A stretch of DNA of 64,000 nucleotides from Camelus ferus (lineage: Eukaryota). Both the position numbers and the translations under genes were made by a program. The stretch spans positions 96,226,001-96,290,000 of the forward strand of contig NC_045697.1 in NCBI RefSeq assembly GCF_009834535.1. Reading direction: 5' to 3'. The notes beneath the pieces were generated by a model. The model saw only the letters and a list, made by a program, of their open reading frames with translations, ran no database searches and was not told the origin of the DNA. Below, piece after piece: positions 13,831-28,556 of the stretch. The number at the start of each line of letters is the position of its first letter. The stretch's first letter is position 1.

Positions 13831-14250
13831 TGCTACATTTACATTTTAAATCTCGCCAGTTAAGATAGGACCCATGGAATATGACCAGGATGTTAAGTGG
13901 TTTGGCAGTGAGACTGAATGGAATATGTTTTCCTAGGGAACAGAAGGATTATGTGATTTACCATGTAAAAAGTTAAATCACTTGAAAGACTGGCATGTAA
14001 AGCATGTGTATTTGGTGCAGACTAGACTATAATCAGTAAAGTTTACAAATATCAAATCTGATTCAAAACATAAATCTTTATTCCATCTAACAGTGTTGTC
14101 CATCCATAGAATATACTGCTTCAAGAAATACTCTAATTTCCTTCAGTAGATTTATTTAAGCAAAGGCGAAATAAGCATCTGCAGAAATGGAATAAAAGAT
14201 ATTTTTCATTTAATGGGTGTTGAACTAAATGTCCTATATAGACCTTTCCA

Positions 14251-14340
14251 ACCGTAACAGTTTGCTCCAATAAAAAATGTACATACAAATACAGGCAGAA
14301 CAGTGGCTTTGGTCCATGGGCCATAGTTTGTTAACCCCTG
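14251..14340 (+). mobile_element. MER58-like hAT fragment
   Basis: Terminal part caataaaaaatgtacatacaaatacaggc..tttggtccatgggccatagtttgttaacccctg. Confidence 0.65.
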
Positions 14341-15234
14341 TGTCAGACAGTTGTGGGATGGTGCGAATTCCCCAAAACTGCCACTTAAGCAAACTTGTTT
14401 TAATCTTGTTTCAACTAACAATTTGAATAATCTGGCATGAGACATTTCTCTGTGTTTAAATAAGAAGACTTCCATTAGAATGTCTCAATTTTCTCCAACG
14501 CTGTCATCTTATAATTGTGGACTAATACATTTTTTTTACAATTTATTTTTATAATTCTGTTCCTTTCATCTCCTCAAGCTGCCTTTTATTCATGAATAAA
14601 ACTTAGACACTATTTAAAACAATGAATTAAGTGTCTGGAATTCAAATAAACAAATGACTTGCAGCCATTAGTATAAAATGATTCAGAGTTTTGAGACCCA
14701 GGCTGCACATGATGGACAGAGCTAGCAAAACTAAACATCTGGAGCAGCAATAAAACCTCTTCCAGAAACAGCAGGCGATGAGAGCAGTGACACATCTGGT
14801 TAAACCTACTAAGAGCTTGAAGCCAGAGAAACTTAGTCATCTGAAATAGAGCATGAAGATACAAAACTTTTATTTGTCTTATTTTGTCAGTGCTGAGTAA
14901 GTCAGGTTTCTCTTACACACTTGAAGTTTCCTCTTTGGAACTACAAAATAAAATGTCTGCCCTCCAGGCATTTACTGATGCTATTACTTTTGATGGATTT
15001 GTGTTGCCTTGGAGATTTGTGGAAGATACAAATGTTGAAAGGATTGATTTATACTTGACATGAAGATAAGGTTTCTAATATTCTTCTGACAGCATTTATG
15101 AGTGCTATTTTCTTTAATAATCTCTTCATTTATTTGGAAAGAGATCAGTATGGTTGCCTGAAATGGTTTCCAACACTTGAAACTTGTGAGTATTATAATT
15201 TTACAGTTTCTTTGAGATAGCAAGTAGACTAGTT

Positions 15235-15570
15235 CTCTTCCCGACTCCCAAATGTGTCTGGCTGAGCTCTACTCATTCTTTGACTCTCAGCTTGAATACT
15301 ACTTCTTTAAAGTGGCCTTCCTTGAGTCCCAAAGTGTATTTCATCTAAATTCATTTGTATATACATATCTAAGTGTATTTATGTATGTGTCACATGTTTT
15401 AATATGCATGCCTCTTTCTCTATGTGTGTATCTCCACTAGACTGTAAGATTATGTATTTTTTTCTGACATTCAAGTACAGTACTTATTATTCACTTCTTG
15501 GTACATAGTAGGCTCTCAACCAATAAATGTTTAACATGCAAATTTATGATTGAATAAATGATGACTGATT
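15235..15570 (+). mobile_element. L2 LINE 3' end
   Basis: ggccttccttga, ctccactagactgtaag, tggtacatagtaggctctcaaccaataaatgtt, and a tgaataaatga tail. Confidence 0.7.
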
Positions 15571-15903
15571 AAAGAAAATATGTGAGCAGAAATAACTTCA
15601 TTTTAATATTGTTCAATAATCACTATAGAAGTTACTTACACAATTATTTCAGTGATTCTGGTCAAATAATTACTGAGAGGGTAACTTATATGGTTAACAA
15701 ACAGACTTTTTAAAATACATTGTTTTATGTTCAGGAAGTAAAGAAGATGTAATTGTGTTCATATGTATCATTGCATGGTTTAAAATAGATACCTGAGCTT
15801 ATATCCAGGTTTCAGTACCTGGTTTTCTATTTGTAAATTCTAACGGAAATTATTCTTCCTGAAACCGTGCCCTTATGCATGCCCACTCTTTAAACTTGCC
15901 AGT

Positions 15904-15928
15904 TGTGTGTGTGTGTGTGTGTGTGTGT
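15904..15928. repeat. (TG)n microsatellite
   Basis: Seen directly in the sequence. Confidence 0.95.
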
Positions 15929-16639
15929 ATGTTTGTGCTAAATGGATTTAATTTGGGTCTTTCACAAATTTGATCCATATTGGCTCCTCATCTTTCTTTA
16001 TATAGTCAAATCCATTATCAGTACCTGCCTCCAAAGCTTCTAGATTCTGTGTGGAGAAAGAAATAACAAGACATTATAAGAAAAGGCAAGATTTGACATC
16101 AAGTTTATTTTGCAGGATTCCAAGAGTCCCTTGTAAACTGTACAATAATGAAGACAGCATAACTTTGAGAGGTGAATTAATTCAGTGGGAAAAATGATGG
16201 TCATACTGTAAGATGAATCAATGAATATTTTGAACACAATGTTCGTTAACTGTTAAACACAGTCTTACACACAGTATTGTTTAGATATAACACATCTCAA
16301 ACCAAATGGATATTAAGTATCTGAAGTTTAGGTAGGTAATGATTAATTCTAATTGAGTCTAATGAATATATCAAAGGCCAGCACTGAGTGATGGTGCAGC
16401 AAAAGTTAAACTATAAAAGTTCACCTGCCTGATATAGATGGGAAAAGGGTAAGTATGCTCTATCTGCAGTTAAAAATATTCACTCTACTATGGAATTCTC
16501 AAATAATTTCCAATCTGGTTGTATTAAAATTATTCTTAATAAATTTATATTTTTAAAAGTAGCAAATGTAATAAAAGAATTCCATTGATAATTATTTGAT
16601 TATTTCAAAGAATGTATTTTGGAATATTTTGATAATGAT

Positions 16640-16780
16640 TTGTTTATTTATTTAATTTATTTTGTGAGGGGGAGGGAGATAATTAGTTTTGTTTATTTAT
16701 TTAGTAGAGGTATTGGGGATTGAACCCAAGACCCTGTGCATGCTAAGCACACAACAGCCACTGAGCTATACCCACCCCCT
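16640..16780 (-). mobile_element. tRNA-derived SINE, camelid (Vic-1-like) type
   Basis: Minus strand shows A box tagctcagtgg, B box gggttcaatcccc and an A-rich tail with the aaataaataaac..ctaatta..tcccc structure. Imperfect TSD gataatgattt/aatgatgattt. Confidence 0.85.
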
Positions 16781-17909
16781 CAATGATGATTTAAAATAAT
16801 GATATTTGAAATAGTAAGAACAGTATAAACAGGAATTATTTCATATATTTTGGAATAATTTTAAAAGTTTAAGAAGATAGTTATGTTTTTTAAAATAATT
16901 ATTTTTATTAAGATAATAAAGAAAGAGAATGGCACATTGCTTTAAAGTAAAGATTTGAATCATCCTCTAGTGGTGATGAGCAATCATGGGACATTTTTGC
17001 TTAGAGTCTGCAGGTTTTAGATTCATGTTTTCCCTTCCCTGCCATCTAAATGCAATATCAATTTTCTGCATTAAAAAATCAATAGTGAAAATGTTGGAAC
17101 ACAATTAATGGTAAGATTAAAGTACAACCTGAGACAAATCTAGAAATAAAAGTCATCTTAAGCATCGAAGGTTTCAGTCATCTTTTCTATGTGCAGTAGT
17201 TCTGGAGCATTTAAAAAATCACCTAAAATGCAACTTAAAAGGATATATATGGTGAATTATAATAATTTAAGAATTATTTTAAAATTATGGGAAGAGTTAA
17301 GAAGATATCTCTTGTCACAAATATAGTATTTCAAAAATATTTTTTAAATTATATTAAATATTTGGGGATAATTTTTGTATAGTGGGAGCAAAAATATGGA
17401 TTATCTAAGCATATCAGAGTCAACATGAAAAAGTAGATAAAGCATCTACAGAAATTTTTGTAATGTCCTGATTGTGTTTTAAAATAGTATCCAAATTTTA
17501 AAATATTTTAAATATCTATCAAGTTGCAACTCATGTAAGTAAATCATATCTTTTCTAAATGTCTAAATATGAGAGCTTTATAGGGACTACATAAAGATGA
17601 AAGTGTATGTATGTATGTATGTGTGTGTATATACATGTATGTATGTATGTGTGTGTATATAAACATATATAGTACATTTTAAATGCTAATTGCCTCTTTG
17701 AGGTACAGTATGTCCTAAATATACCTAGGTGATATTGCAAATGTGTCATTATTTTTTATAACCTAATGTTCATTACCCTCAATTTTTTTACCATGGATTT
17801 TTTAAACCTTTGTCATTCTCATCTAAGCTGCTTCAAATCACTGCTGTCTTCACTTTTTATATAAGAATATATAAGCCAATTGATGTGATCTGTTTTCAGA
17901 TTTAATTAT

Positions 17910-18030
17910 TCTATGAACATTTATTTGTTCCTAATTTATACTTGATACTGTGCTCAATTGTGGAAATTAACATAAAGATGATACATGGTCTTTGATGTTG
18001 AGGAGTTCACAGTCTGAGGGGGAAAATATA
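17910..18030 (-). mobile_element. L2 3' fragment
   Basis: aacatttatttg..gatactgtgctc..catggtctttg..gaggagttcacagtctgagggg. Confidence 0.55.
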
Positions 18031-20544
18031 TGTATTTTTCAATAAGAAAAATAAATAGACATGTAAATAGAAATATATACATGACATTTATTGATCCTAT
18101 ATTTTAATTCTGTGTATATTTTATATAAAATGTATATTATGTATTTTATATTTATATACTTATATATATATCTCATTGTATATGTTTATGTACTACATAT
18201 TACATATGCACAGTTAGAAAATATATAATGTATATAAGTAACATGAATACCTTGTATGTATATACACATATAACAGCAATTTAATAGACATATGATATAA
18301 ATGTGTGATATATTTTAAATAAATTTAGTAAACTGTAACCTAAAAACTTGCACTATATAGATGAGCTTATGAATAAATATAAAGTAAACTTTCTAATATG
18401 CTGATTGTATAGCTTTGAAAAGTCAAGTCAAGTCACTGTCAGGGAAGAATACTTTCTAAAAGGTTAAATAAATTGTACTGCCACCAGATTAAAGCTGTTG
18501 AAAGCCCTCAAAGGTCATCCTTCATATGGCTTTACTTGTTTACTAACCATATTACTTAACAGAGAACTAACTATAAGCTGTGCTTCAGAGATTGGTAAAA
18601 ACATTAAGATCTATATGGAAAAGACAGTATATGTTATTTAATGTTAAGATTTTTATTTTATATATTTAACTTCTAATTTGTATATCAGTAAATGATGCAA
18701 TAAAGAGAACTGATATCAACAAAATTTAAATTTTTAAAATACATATTTTATGTTAAAGTCAAGTAGTTTCCTTGTCCTACACATACACATACAAAGAAAC
18801 ACACACTTTATCACCTTGAAAAAAGGAAGGGCTGCTCACAGGCCAAGTGGTAAATTGACTGAAGTTTACCTGTGATACCAACTACCTCCCTTTCAACCCT
18901 CCTGCTCCCCTGGTACCCTTTTTGACCTTCTAGTCCTAAATGAATAGTACATAACATTAAATAATATGTGCTTTATAGTTTATCTTCTAAAAGGTTTGTA
19001 GTATTTTAAGTAACCAGTCCTAAAAACTGGAAAGACTTAGAGCCAAGGGTATAAAATTTAGTTAATATTTATTACAGATTAAAAATAAAACTTTAAGGAT
19101 TAGAAAGAATTGCAAGGCCCCTCACCAATCATAACATTTTTAAACTCCTTCTTTTACTTCTCATTATTCAGAAGAAGTATTCATTATTCTTTAGAGCAGT
19201 GCCTGGAACATAGTGAATATTTAATAAAAATTTGTTAAATTAGTTAATAAATGAAAATGTTACCTATTATTGTCTCATATATCGCTGGAATGACTTTTTC
19301 GAAAGTTAAACAAAACACCTATGACCTCAAATAGCCCTTAATTTGTTAATTAAACCGATTTTATAGACATTGGACTAAAGTCTAATATTAAAGCAGGAAA
19401 AAAGAGGAATGATCTATGACCTTATGTTGCTATAAGAAATAAGTGTATATCAGAATAGACACATTGGAATAATGATTATAAGATTTCAAAATATTTTATC
19501 CTGAAAATGCTTTGTGAAGAATATTTATGTGACTACATTTTGTGTTTTTGTTTCTTTTGAGTTAAAAAAATCTGGAGACACTCACAAGAGTAGAGCTTCC
19601 TGGTGACTTAAAAAAAATACTCTCTGTATATGCTCTCTCATTCTTCTCTTTCCCTCCTCTTCAAATGTGTATATACATTCATAAAAATACTCAGTAGTGA
19701 CTGTTACTTTATAGGAGATAAATAAGAAAAAAATGCTATACAAAGGTAGCAAAGCATATCACTTTTATTCTTCTAAAATGACATATGATGGCAGCAAAAT
19801 ATATTTAAAATTCAATATCCATCACTTATGTGTGAATGATCTGGATTTCTGAGAAACAGTTTGATTATTTGACTCATACCCAGTTGCAATGCTAGCATTT
19901 CTCAAAAGACCCACTTAAAATTATTGAATACATCTCCAGAGTCAAGTAATTCTACTATCGACTTTTAAAATAATTTCAATTGATTGTTCTTATTTTATTT
20001 CCTTATGACTAAACTTATTTTCTGTCATAAAATGTTCATAAACTTGCTAATCTCTATACTCAATTCATCTCTTCAAAGATACTACAAATTCATATTATAT
20101 AGAGTGAACATTATAAAAGAGAAAAACTGTTAAAGATGGAAGATGAATGTTAAATCGTTCTATTTATGGCTAAATGTGACTAAATATATGAAGCCTTTCA
20201 ATTAATAATGGCCTACATTTTGTACAGAATTACACAAAGAATTCATTCGCACTTTGCTCATAACATAGGAAGTAAGATTATATGTGTAAGATACAGGATA
20301 ACTGAAAATGAGACCTAACTGATCCGGTAACTCAGCCAGTGTATTTACAGTGAACTGTTATATAAAATGAGCCACTTAAATGCTTAGATTTCATGATATT
20401 TGTGGGTGTTTGTAAGGAAATTTATAGTGATAGACTACTTAATTATATAGCGAATTCTGTCCATCCATACGCATACCATTTTCAATTGAATTCAGTAAAT
20501 ACTTTTCAGTTGCCTATTATTCTTGTCAAATGTTTTAATTTCTC

Positions 20545-20945
20545 TGAGAGTCTGAGGTTGAGTTTCCTGTTAAGCAGACTTTGAGACAAAGGTTTGTGTA
20601 AAAGGAATTTGGTAAGATGTTTTCCAAAAGCAACCAGGTGAATAAAGGGAAAGTGAGTCAGGAACACAAAAACAGCCAAGCAAGTATATGTGATCAAACA
20701 GCATCACAAAGGGGATAATTTCACCTCAATTCCATAGGGAACCCCTGAAGGCAGTGTGGGTTATACCTGGAGTTACCTCAACCAGTTACAAAGGAGTTAG
20801 AGTTAATGGTCCCCCACCTATCAGTCGTTGGTTAAGTTCTCTCTGTGGACAAGAGGTATAATCCTAGGCACTATTAAGAACATACTGGGAACTGGTGACA
20901 GCACAAAGGGTAAAGAGCTTCAAGAGCATATGTTTGGGCCAATGA
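20545..20945. mobile_element. ERVL-class LTR remnant (LTR33/LTR16-like)
   Basis: gttgagtttcctgttaagcagactttgagacaaaggtttgtg..gggaaagtgagtcagg..cagccaa resembles this group. Confidence 0.55.
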
Positions 20946-21252
20946 CATGGCTTGATTTATAGGATAATATGAGAGTAATATCATTTTAGCATTCAAGGAG
21001 GTTAAAGGCTACTGGGAAAAGTACATAAAACCACAGCTGCTTGGAACAAATATTTCTCCTCAATATTAAATGAAACCTGCCTTGAGATCCAGCCACACCT
21101 ACTTAGAAGGAAATTCAATTTCAGCAAGTAGTGTTAATCCTTTCTCACCCCAGTGCCTTGTGATAGTTCTAAGAAACTTACATATTTCTGAATTTATAAG
21201 AACACGCCTCATATTTAGTCTACAGTGTTAATAGTATATGTTTATGGTCCAG

Positions 21253-22105
21253 GCAGGCTGGGCTACATAATTTGCTGGCCCAAGTGCAAATTAAGTGTTA
21301 AAGTGCTAAAATATAAAGCATGTTTTTTTTTTTTCTTTTTTCCACCATCTCACTCTTGACTTGTCATGGTGATTTTTTTTTTTTCTACTTAGTGTTCTAA
21401 GAAAAGAAAAATTTAAGTTTAAAATTTTATCGTAAATTTTGCTGTTCATCTTTACACAGTGAAAAGCCAGTTTTAAATGCACATATAAGAGCATTTAATT
21501 CATATGTGGAATAGCTGCAATTACACAATTCATATTTTGTAGCTAGTACATGATATTTATTTTGTTCTTACAGGAAGAGTAGAAACACTGCACAAAATTA
21601 ACTGAGATGTTTACATTTCACTTCTTGATACATGTATATTCTACATACACTCTCTTCATACTGGTACTTAATAAAAAGAAAGGACTGAAAGTGAAAGAAA
21701 TTATGAGTAGACCTATCTTTTTTCTTCATCTCATTTTCAACTTAAGATATTAGCTAATAGAGAAAAGTTACACAGCTAAAAAATATGGTAAGGTTTCTTG
21801 GTTGTTTCCTAGGACATCATTGACTTCTTTCTGTGTTTGAAGAAATTTCTGGTTCAGATGAGGTGTATTCTCTAGGGGCCATCAGTGCCCCATTTACTCA
21901 GTCATGAATGTAACTTGCTTACCTTAGACATGCTCTGAGACTTGTCTATCTTCTGCATACTATGGGTTCATTAGAAGTCTGTGCTCATGAGGCATCACCA
22001 GGCCTGATGTGAACAGAATGTCAAGGGACATGCTCCACTGTCCCATCAGGCTTAAATTATACACAAGTTCAAAAACAAAATTATTAAGAATCCAATATGG
22101 TGCTC
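21253..22105 (-). mobile_element. MER45B-like hAT-Tip100 element
   Basis: End caggctgggctacataatttgctggcccaagtgcaaa and far-end aaaattattaagaat match MER45 ends as recalled, ~850 bp apart. Confidence 0.55.
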
Positions 22106-23879
22106 ATCCCTGTGCTATCCTGCCAGTTCCCGACACTGATGCCCCACCAAGCTTTTTGCCATTCCCCAACAAGGCCCCACACTCTCTACCCTTCATCCTT
22201 TGTTCACCCTATTTTTGCTACCTGGGATGTTCTGCCCCTTAATTTTTACTCACTGATTCCTATCCAGCTTTAAAGACTACTTGAATTAACCCTTTTTTGA
22301 CCTCACCCAAACTTAGAATAGAATCTTTCTTCCAAACTTTCAGAAAGCTTTGCTTATTCTTTTTCACATGGACTTTCTAGTTACATGATCTGCAAAATCC
22401 TGTTCATTCTGCAATCATATAGGAAGTTCTCTAAACATTTTGCTCTTCAGATTAATTCTCCTCGTATCTAAATATTGTCATAAGTCTGTCACCACCTCTA
22501 CATCCTTCATCCATCATACATCTTAAATCACGTCAGCTTTCCCTAATCAAAACTAATTATTGGAGAACTGGCATCTTATTTCTAGGAAATTCTGTCTCTG
22601 GCTCTGCAAACAGATGTTCCTATGGAAAATGAAATAAAATATCAGTTACATTGTTGGGCTCATAGAATAAATTTATATTAGAGACAGTACCACAATATTT
22701 AATTTCTTAGTGAATCATCCAACCACATACAACTTCACCAGATAAATAAGACATTACTAGAACTTTTCAACATGGAGAAAAGAAAGAGTGATTAGATGAC
22801 TGTTATGAAGATTATAAAATATCTATAGGTTTCAAAGAATAGAGTGGTTTAAAAGAGTTTGTTTTAGGATTAGAAACTTTCAGTTGTTTTTTAACAACTA
22901 AAGAGAAAAATAGTATATACTCCATGCCAGTATCTAACTACACTGGCTTTCATTTTTATGCTGAAGAACAGCAGGTTTACTTAGGTAAACTTATAATTAT
23001 TATCATAATGATGATGATAAACCATTTCTTTTTAATGTAACTTACATCTAAATAACTACAGTGTATAAATTATCCTTCTTTTCTATAGTAGCCATATTGT
23101 ATAACTTTTCATGTTCATCCAAGACATGCCAGACAAAACTTTATTTTTTGGAAATAAAAAGTGCATTTCAGAAAGGCATACATAAGAACAAATTAACAGA
23201 ATTTGATAACAGACAAGTCATTATCTCTTTACATTAAATGTAAAAAAGGAGAATTACAATCAAATTTTTTTTTCACTTTTGATAAAGAACTGAATATGGT
23301 TGTAGTTAAGATTGTTTGTGGTCAAGTCCAAAACTTCATTAGCTGTATAATCCAGGTTTTTTTAAAAAACTGTTTTTGGGAATGAAGCATCGTCTGATCT
23401 TTCTCCCTATAAGTTTCCTGAAAAGAAATCTGATTCCCTCTTAAAAGCAAAATCTCATTTTTAATTTCATATTTTCTTTAGTTAAAATGGGGATTCTATT
23501 ATTTCATTTCTACAAAATAATCTACATACTCTCAAGCTATTTACTTATGGGGAAAATTTACAATGGGTAAAAATACATTTGCAAAAGCTATCCCAACAAA
23601 TTGATAAGTGAAATAAGAAACCATTTGACCTTGGAGACCAAGATAAAAAATGGAAGCCAGAATAAGTGAAGAATAACTTTAGATATCTTTAAAAAAATAG
23701 ATAATGTTATTTTGTGCAAATTTAATTTTTAAACCTACATGAAAATAATGTAAAAACATAAAGGAAAATGATTTTATGTAATTTATGAATACAATAGACG
23801 TAAAATCTATGTCAGTTTAATATTTATGATTGGAAGGAAATAACGTAACATATACTTCACATGTATAATGAGTAAGCCA

Positions 23880-24055
23880 CCATGCAAATTGTTTTATATT
23901 TCATGATACTTCATTCAATTCTCACAGAAATTTAACAGGGCAGGCTATAATATATTCCTTTTACAAATGAGGAATTTACCATTATATGGTTTAAGCATTT
24001 TCTCCAGAGCATACTGCTAAACAGTTGTGAATCTGAGATTCAAATACCAGTTTAT
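23880..24055 (-). mobile_element. MIR SINE
   Basis: cattcaattctcacag..ccttttacaaatgaggaa..ctgagattcaaataccag. Confidence 0.65.
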
Positions 24056-24286
24056 GTGCGAAACATATTCTCTAAAGGCCAAATAAACCCCAGAAGATTT
24101 AGTTTTACCACCTTCGTATCAATAGACCATAATGATTAACTATAAAAATCTCTTTCTGACTTAAGGGCACCTTTTATAGAATTAAAAATAAAATCTCCTT
24201 TGATTAATAGGAATATGAAATCATTTAATTAAGTAATAGCTAGTCAGAGGTTATTTAAAGTGAGGTCAAATATTCCAAGTAGAGTA

Positions 24287-24708
24287 TTGCTTAAAGTTGG
24301 GAATTACCATGATGTAGGTTTGCCCCAGACAGTCCAAGATTATACTTGTCACTGAAGCCGAATTACTAATGGTGCCCTTTTCTCCTCCCCAAAGTGTGCT
24401 GATTTGAATGGAATATCATGAAGTCCCCTAGTTATGTGCAAATGTAAGTGTGTGAAGCAAACAAGCAAAAAAATAAAAAAATCAAGCGCTTGCAACAGAG
24501 GATAAAATATAAAGCACGCAACTGCAATGACATATCTAACTCGAATCAAATGAATCATAGATATGAAAAATGACATTAACAAAAATAATGAAGCTTAGAC
24601 TTAGTTATTATTTGACCCAGCAGGATGAAATAAACAGAAAAAAAAATTATGACTCAGAATGATTTGATTCTTGCTATTGTGCTGATGCCAATGCAAACCT
24701 TGAAAATG
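24287..24708 (+). repeat. dispersed direct repeat, copy B (includes MER94-like copy 2 at ~24297-24431)
   Basis: Collinear with 7271-7711. Confidence 0.95.
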
Positions 24709-27134
24709 CTTTGCTAAACAAAGCAAGGAACTTAAATATTCTGGCATGTTAACGGTAGAAATCAAAAAAGAAGATGTCTATAAGTCATCAATAAATGTAA
24801 AGGTAAAATTAATCTGTAGATAATTAGTTGCTTACTGGTATAATAGTAGGCTTTTAACTTTAAACAAAGCAGCTATTAGTTTGTCTTTATTAAAAATGTT
24901 ATTTTTAGTAAAAGTTTTCTAAAACCTTTTTCTTCTCAGCACCCCTTCTCTTGCAACTTTCACCTGGCTACTCATTCTTTAGTGATTAACATAGCTGCTA
25001 TTGCTCCAGTCGAATTTTCCTGCCCATAAACTTTTTATTTTTTTCCTACAACTCCACTCATTATAACTTTTATCTCATTCCCGTAAAATTGCCTATTTAT
25101 TTATCTACTGCCTTTAAACTATAAGCCCCTCAACAGAAGAGACTGTGTTTAGCATGGAAGAGTCACGTAATTAATGCATGGTAATAGGGGACACACACAC
25201 ACACCACTTAAATTAGATGATTACAAAGAATGAACTTTTGTCTGCTATGTCACATACTTACTATACAGTATTACTTATTTACAGAATATGACCTAGCCTA
25301 CAATATATCTTTTTTATACACACATACACACACACACATACATATATACATATATTTAATTTAACTATCCAGATATGAGTTAATAGCATTTTCCTTCCTT
25401 TTAATTGTCAGAGATATATACAAACAAAAACTTGGTTTAAATGATAGTTTAATTCTTCATAAGTCTGAATCAGTAAATATTTCTCATACATGTTTTAATA
25501 ACTAAAGGCATTTTTTTGTTTCTCATCCAATGATATGGTAAGATACCAATCCAGTCAATAAAGATAAGTGTAAGAAAATCCACTTTTTAAAAAATTTATA
25601 AATATAAGATTCCTTAGAAAATCTAATTCCATTTGGAAAATTTTACAGAAATAAATGGAATGACATTGATTTTTTAAATAAAATAGTAATTTAACCATGT
25701 TTAGAATTCCCATGACATCAAGGCCAGCAAATTTTATACTAACCTTGAACTAACTCCCTGCAGGCCACCTTTCATTGCAGCTGATAATGATCAAAGCTAT
25801 CCATGGCCTTGGGACCTGTACATAGTCTGATATAAGACTCTAGTTGTCCCCAGAGTCAACCCTCATATCTTTGTATATATGTCATTAGATTTCAGTTATA
25901 TTTTACTCATGATCTAAGCTAGCTTGAGGGTAGGCATCACTATGTAAATTATAAGGGAATCTAAATATTTGCAGCTCTAGGACACATACATAAAATAATC
26001 TGCACAGTTCTCAAAAGCTAGTTGTTAGTTATCCTGATGATCTATGCTGAAATACAATTTATATGGTTTATCATATCAATAAGAAAATGTTAGATAATTG
26101 AAGAGTGTAGTAGTTTTACAAATGCTTATTATTTGTAGGTAGAGCTTTCACAAACTATTTAGAATTTAATTGTAAATATTACTTTATAATTTAGCTTTGA
26201 ATGGATTTTCAAATGTTTACAAAAGCTTTTTGTAGATGTATCTTCATAGAAAAGTAGATATCAAAATTGTGTAGTAACATACAGAAATATTCAGAAACAA
26301 TAAGATAGCATATTCGCCTTGTTTGTAACTTCCCTGTGTCTTCCGTTTTCTCTTGCCTTCTGCATAAGTCAGTAATAATCCACTCCTGGATATCTGTTTT
26401 ATATGTGGATCCTTTCATATTGCTTTAATTTCTGGCAGTATTTCAACTATCTACACCTCATCTGTGTACAAATCCCAAGACACTGAGATGAGACTTTACC
26501 CCCAGCTTCTTTGCATACTAATACATTGATTTGAGCAAAGTGAAAATGTTCTTTTCCCTGCACAGGCAAAATAGAACTCTTTTTAATTTAATTTTCAACA
26601 GGTACATTGTTTTTTTCTTTCATTCTGAACTGCATTATTGGCTATTGGCTTCTGAATCTTTGGACTATTTCTCATTTATCTCTCTAACATTGCTTCTTCC
26701 AAATCTCTATTGCCAATTACAGTAAAACATCTTAGAAAACAAGCTCGCTGATTGAGTCAAATTCAAAGAGACATTCAGTAACACATTCACATTTGTTTAA
26801 TAACCTCGTCCTCATCCCTAATCCATGAGTTTAATTAAACTCTGCACTTTTATTTCTAGGCTTACATTTTCAATGTAATCTTCCTGAATTCAAACCAAGC
26901 CTCTTCTCCAATTGAATGATACTTACAAGAATTATAAGCAAAAGCAATGAATCAGTGCAAGCCGTGGAGTATAGTGTTCAGAGTCTCATATGAGACATTA
27001 TTCTCCAAGAAGAAATTGTATGGAACATTTTCTCATTTACACTATTTAATTGAAAGTATTATGGAAAATAAATTGGTGTGAGGAGGAATAAATTCTCCAA
27101 CAAGAATATTGCAATACAAATTTATGAACTGAAG

Positions 27135-27372
27135 ACCTGTATATTAAACCCGTTGAGTACCACATACTTAACATTTGCTAAGAGGGTAGATCTTACATTA
27201 AATATTGTTTCACACATAATAACAATAATAATGATAATGATAGTATAATAATAATAAAAGGAGCAGGAGGAAACTTTAGAAAGTGATGGATATGTTTATG
27301 GCCTTAATGGTGATGTTTCCATAAGGTGTATACGTATCTCCACACTCATTAAGTTATGAAAATACATACAGC
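27135..27372 (+). mobile_element. L1MA/L1MB-type 3'UTR fragment
   Basis: atttgctaagagggtagatctta..ggaggaaactttagaaagtgatggatatgtttatggccttaatggtgatg. Confidence 0.8.
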
Positions 27373-28556
27373 ATTAAAACAGATGTAAATTGAGCCATCT
27401 CTGTGCATATTTACATTTTCTATGACGTATCACATTAACCTGTGTGTTTTATTGTTATTTGAATAAAGATATAATAAAAAGGAACATAAGGTCTTAGGTT
27501 ACTTAATACATTTCTTATACTACTAAAAGGAAACTTAAACTAGATCAAAAAACAAACAAACAAAACTAAAAGTAAAACAAAATAAAACAAATCCCCTGTA
27601 TCCCTATGACTTTAGTGACAGTCTTGAAAGTTCAAGATGGACAGTTCTTGGGAGGAACTCAGGGCTCCCCAGCCATTACATTTCCCAACAAACACCAGTG
27701 TCCTTCAGCTCCCAGTAAGGTCATTATCTCTGATCCATTGCAAGCATGTCTTTATTCTTTAAACTTGAAACGATTATTTTCATGGACATTTGCCACAGAT
27801 TTTGATGAGTCTATTATAGTTGCAGTTGATTCTTTTAGTGAATTCAATCTTCTCTTGGGATCAGGAGTTTAATCTCTGCTCCTAGTTACTAAAGAACCCA
27901 GGAAATTGATGTTATGTCAGTTCTGGTCAAGTTCAATTGAGAATAAAATAGTTTTTTTTTTTTTTTTAAACAAGAGAGATAACAAAACTGATGTAGATTC
28001 GTAAGCATGTGTCAAGTCTATGTACACTTCAAATACAGTCTTTAATCAGGGTCTTATTACCTTGTTTTTTCTTATTTCCCTATGTTATTTTCCAGTCTGT
28101 AGTGGTCATTGGCTCCATGTTCATGAATTTTCTTTTCCCCTTATACTAAAATAGAGTTTCCAATTTCACAGGCAGAGTGGGGTCTGAGCCTTTAAGAATT
28201 TTACATGAACTGGTGAATTGAAAGTTATTCTGAAATTTTCTGTCCTACACTTCAAAATTTCATTTCTTTACTCCTTCTGCCTACCAGTACCAGCAAGCTA
28301 CCCCTTTCCCAGGAGAATATTTTCCCAGTGTTTGCTTTTACTTTTAGTAACTGCTATTTTTGAGTTAAAGGTGCAATTCAGGTTATTTTATCCATCTGCA
28401 GCATATGAATGAACCAAAAATAATAGAATTTTAAAAATACATAAATTCAAAAATAAATAAAAACTACTAGTCTTGGAAACTAGTTGCCATAAAGCTTATG
28501 TATTCTTACTTTATCCATTTTTATCATATTGCTTTAAGAGATCTGAAATTTTATGA

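Noticed and set aside
16700..16780. tRNA-like A and B boxes
   Set aside because: SINE head with A-rich tail; no complete cloverleaf, so not a tRNA gene.
18050..18320. Very AT-rich TA/CA-patterned stretch
   Set aside because: Low-complexity decayed microsatellite with no unit structure.
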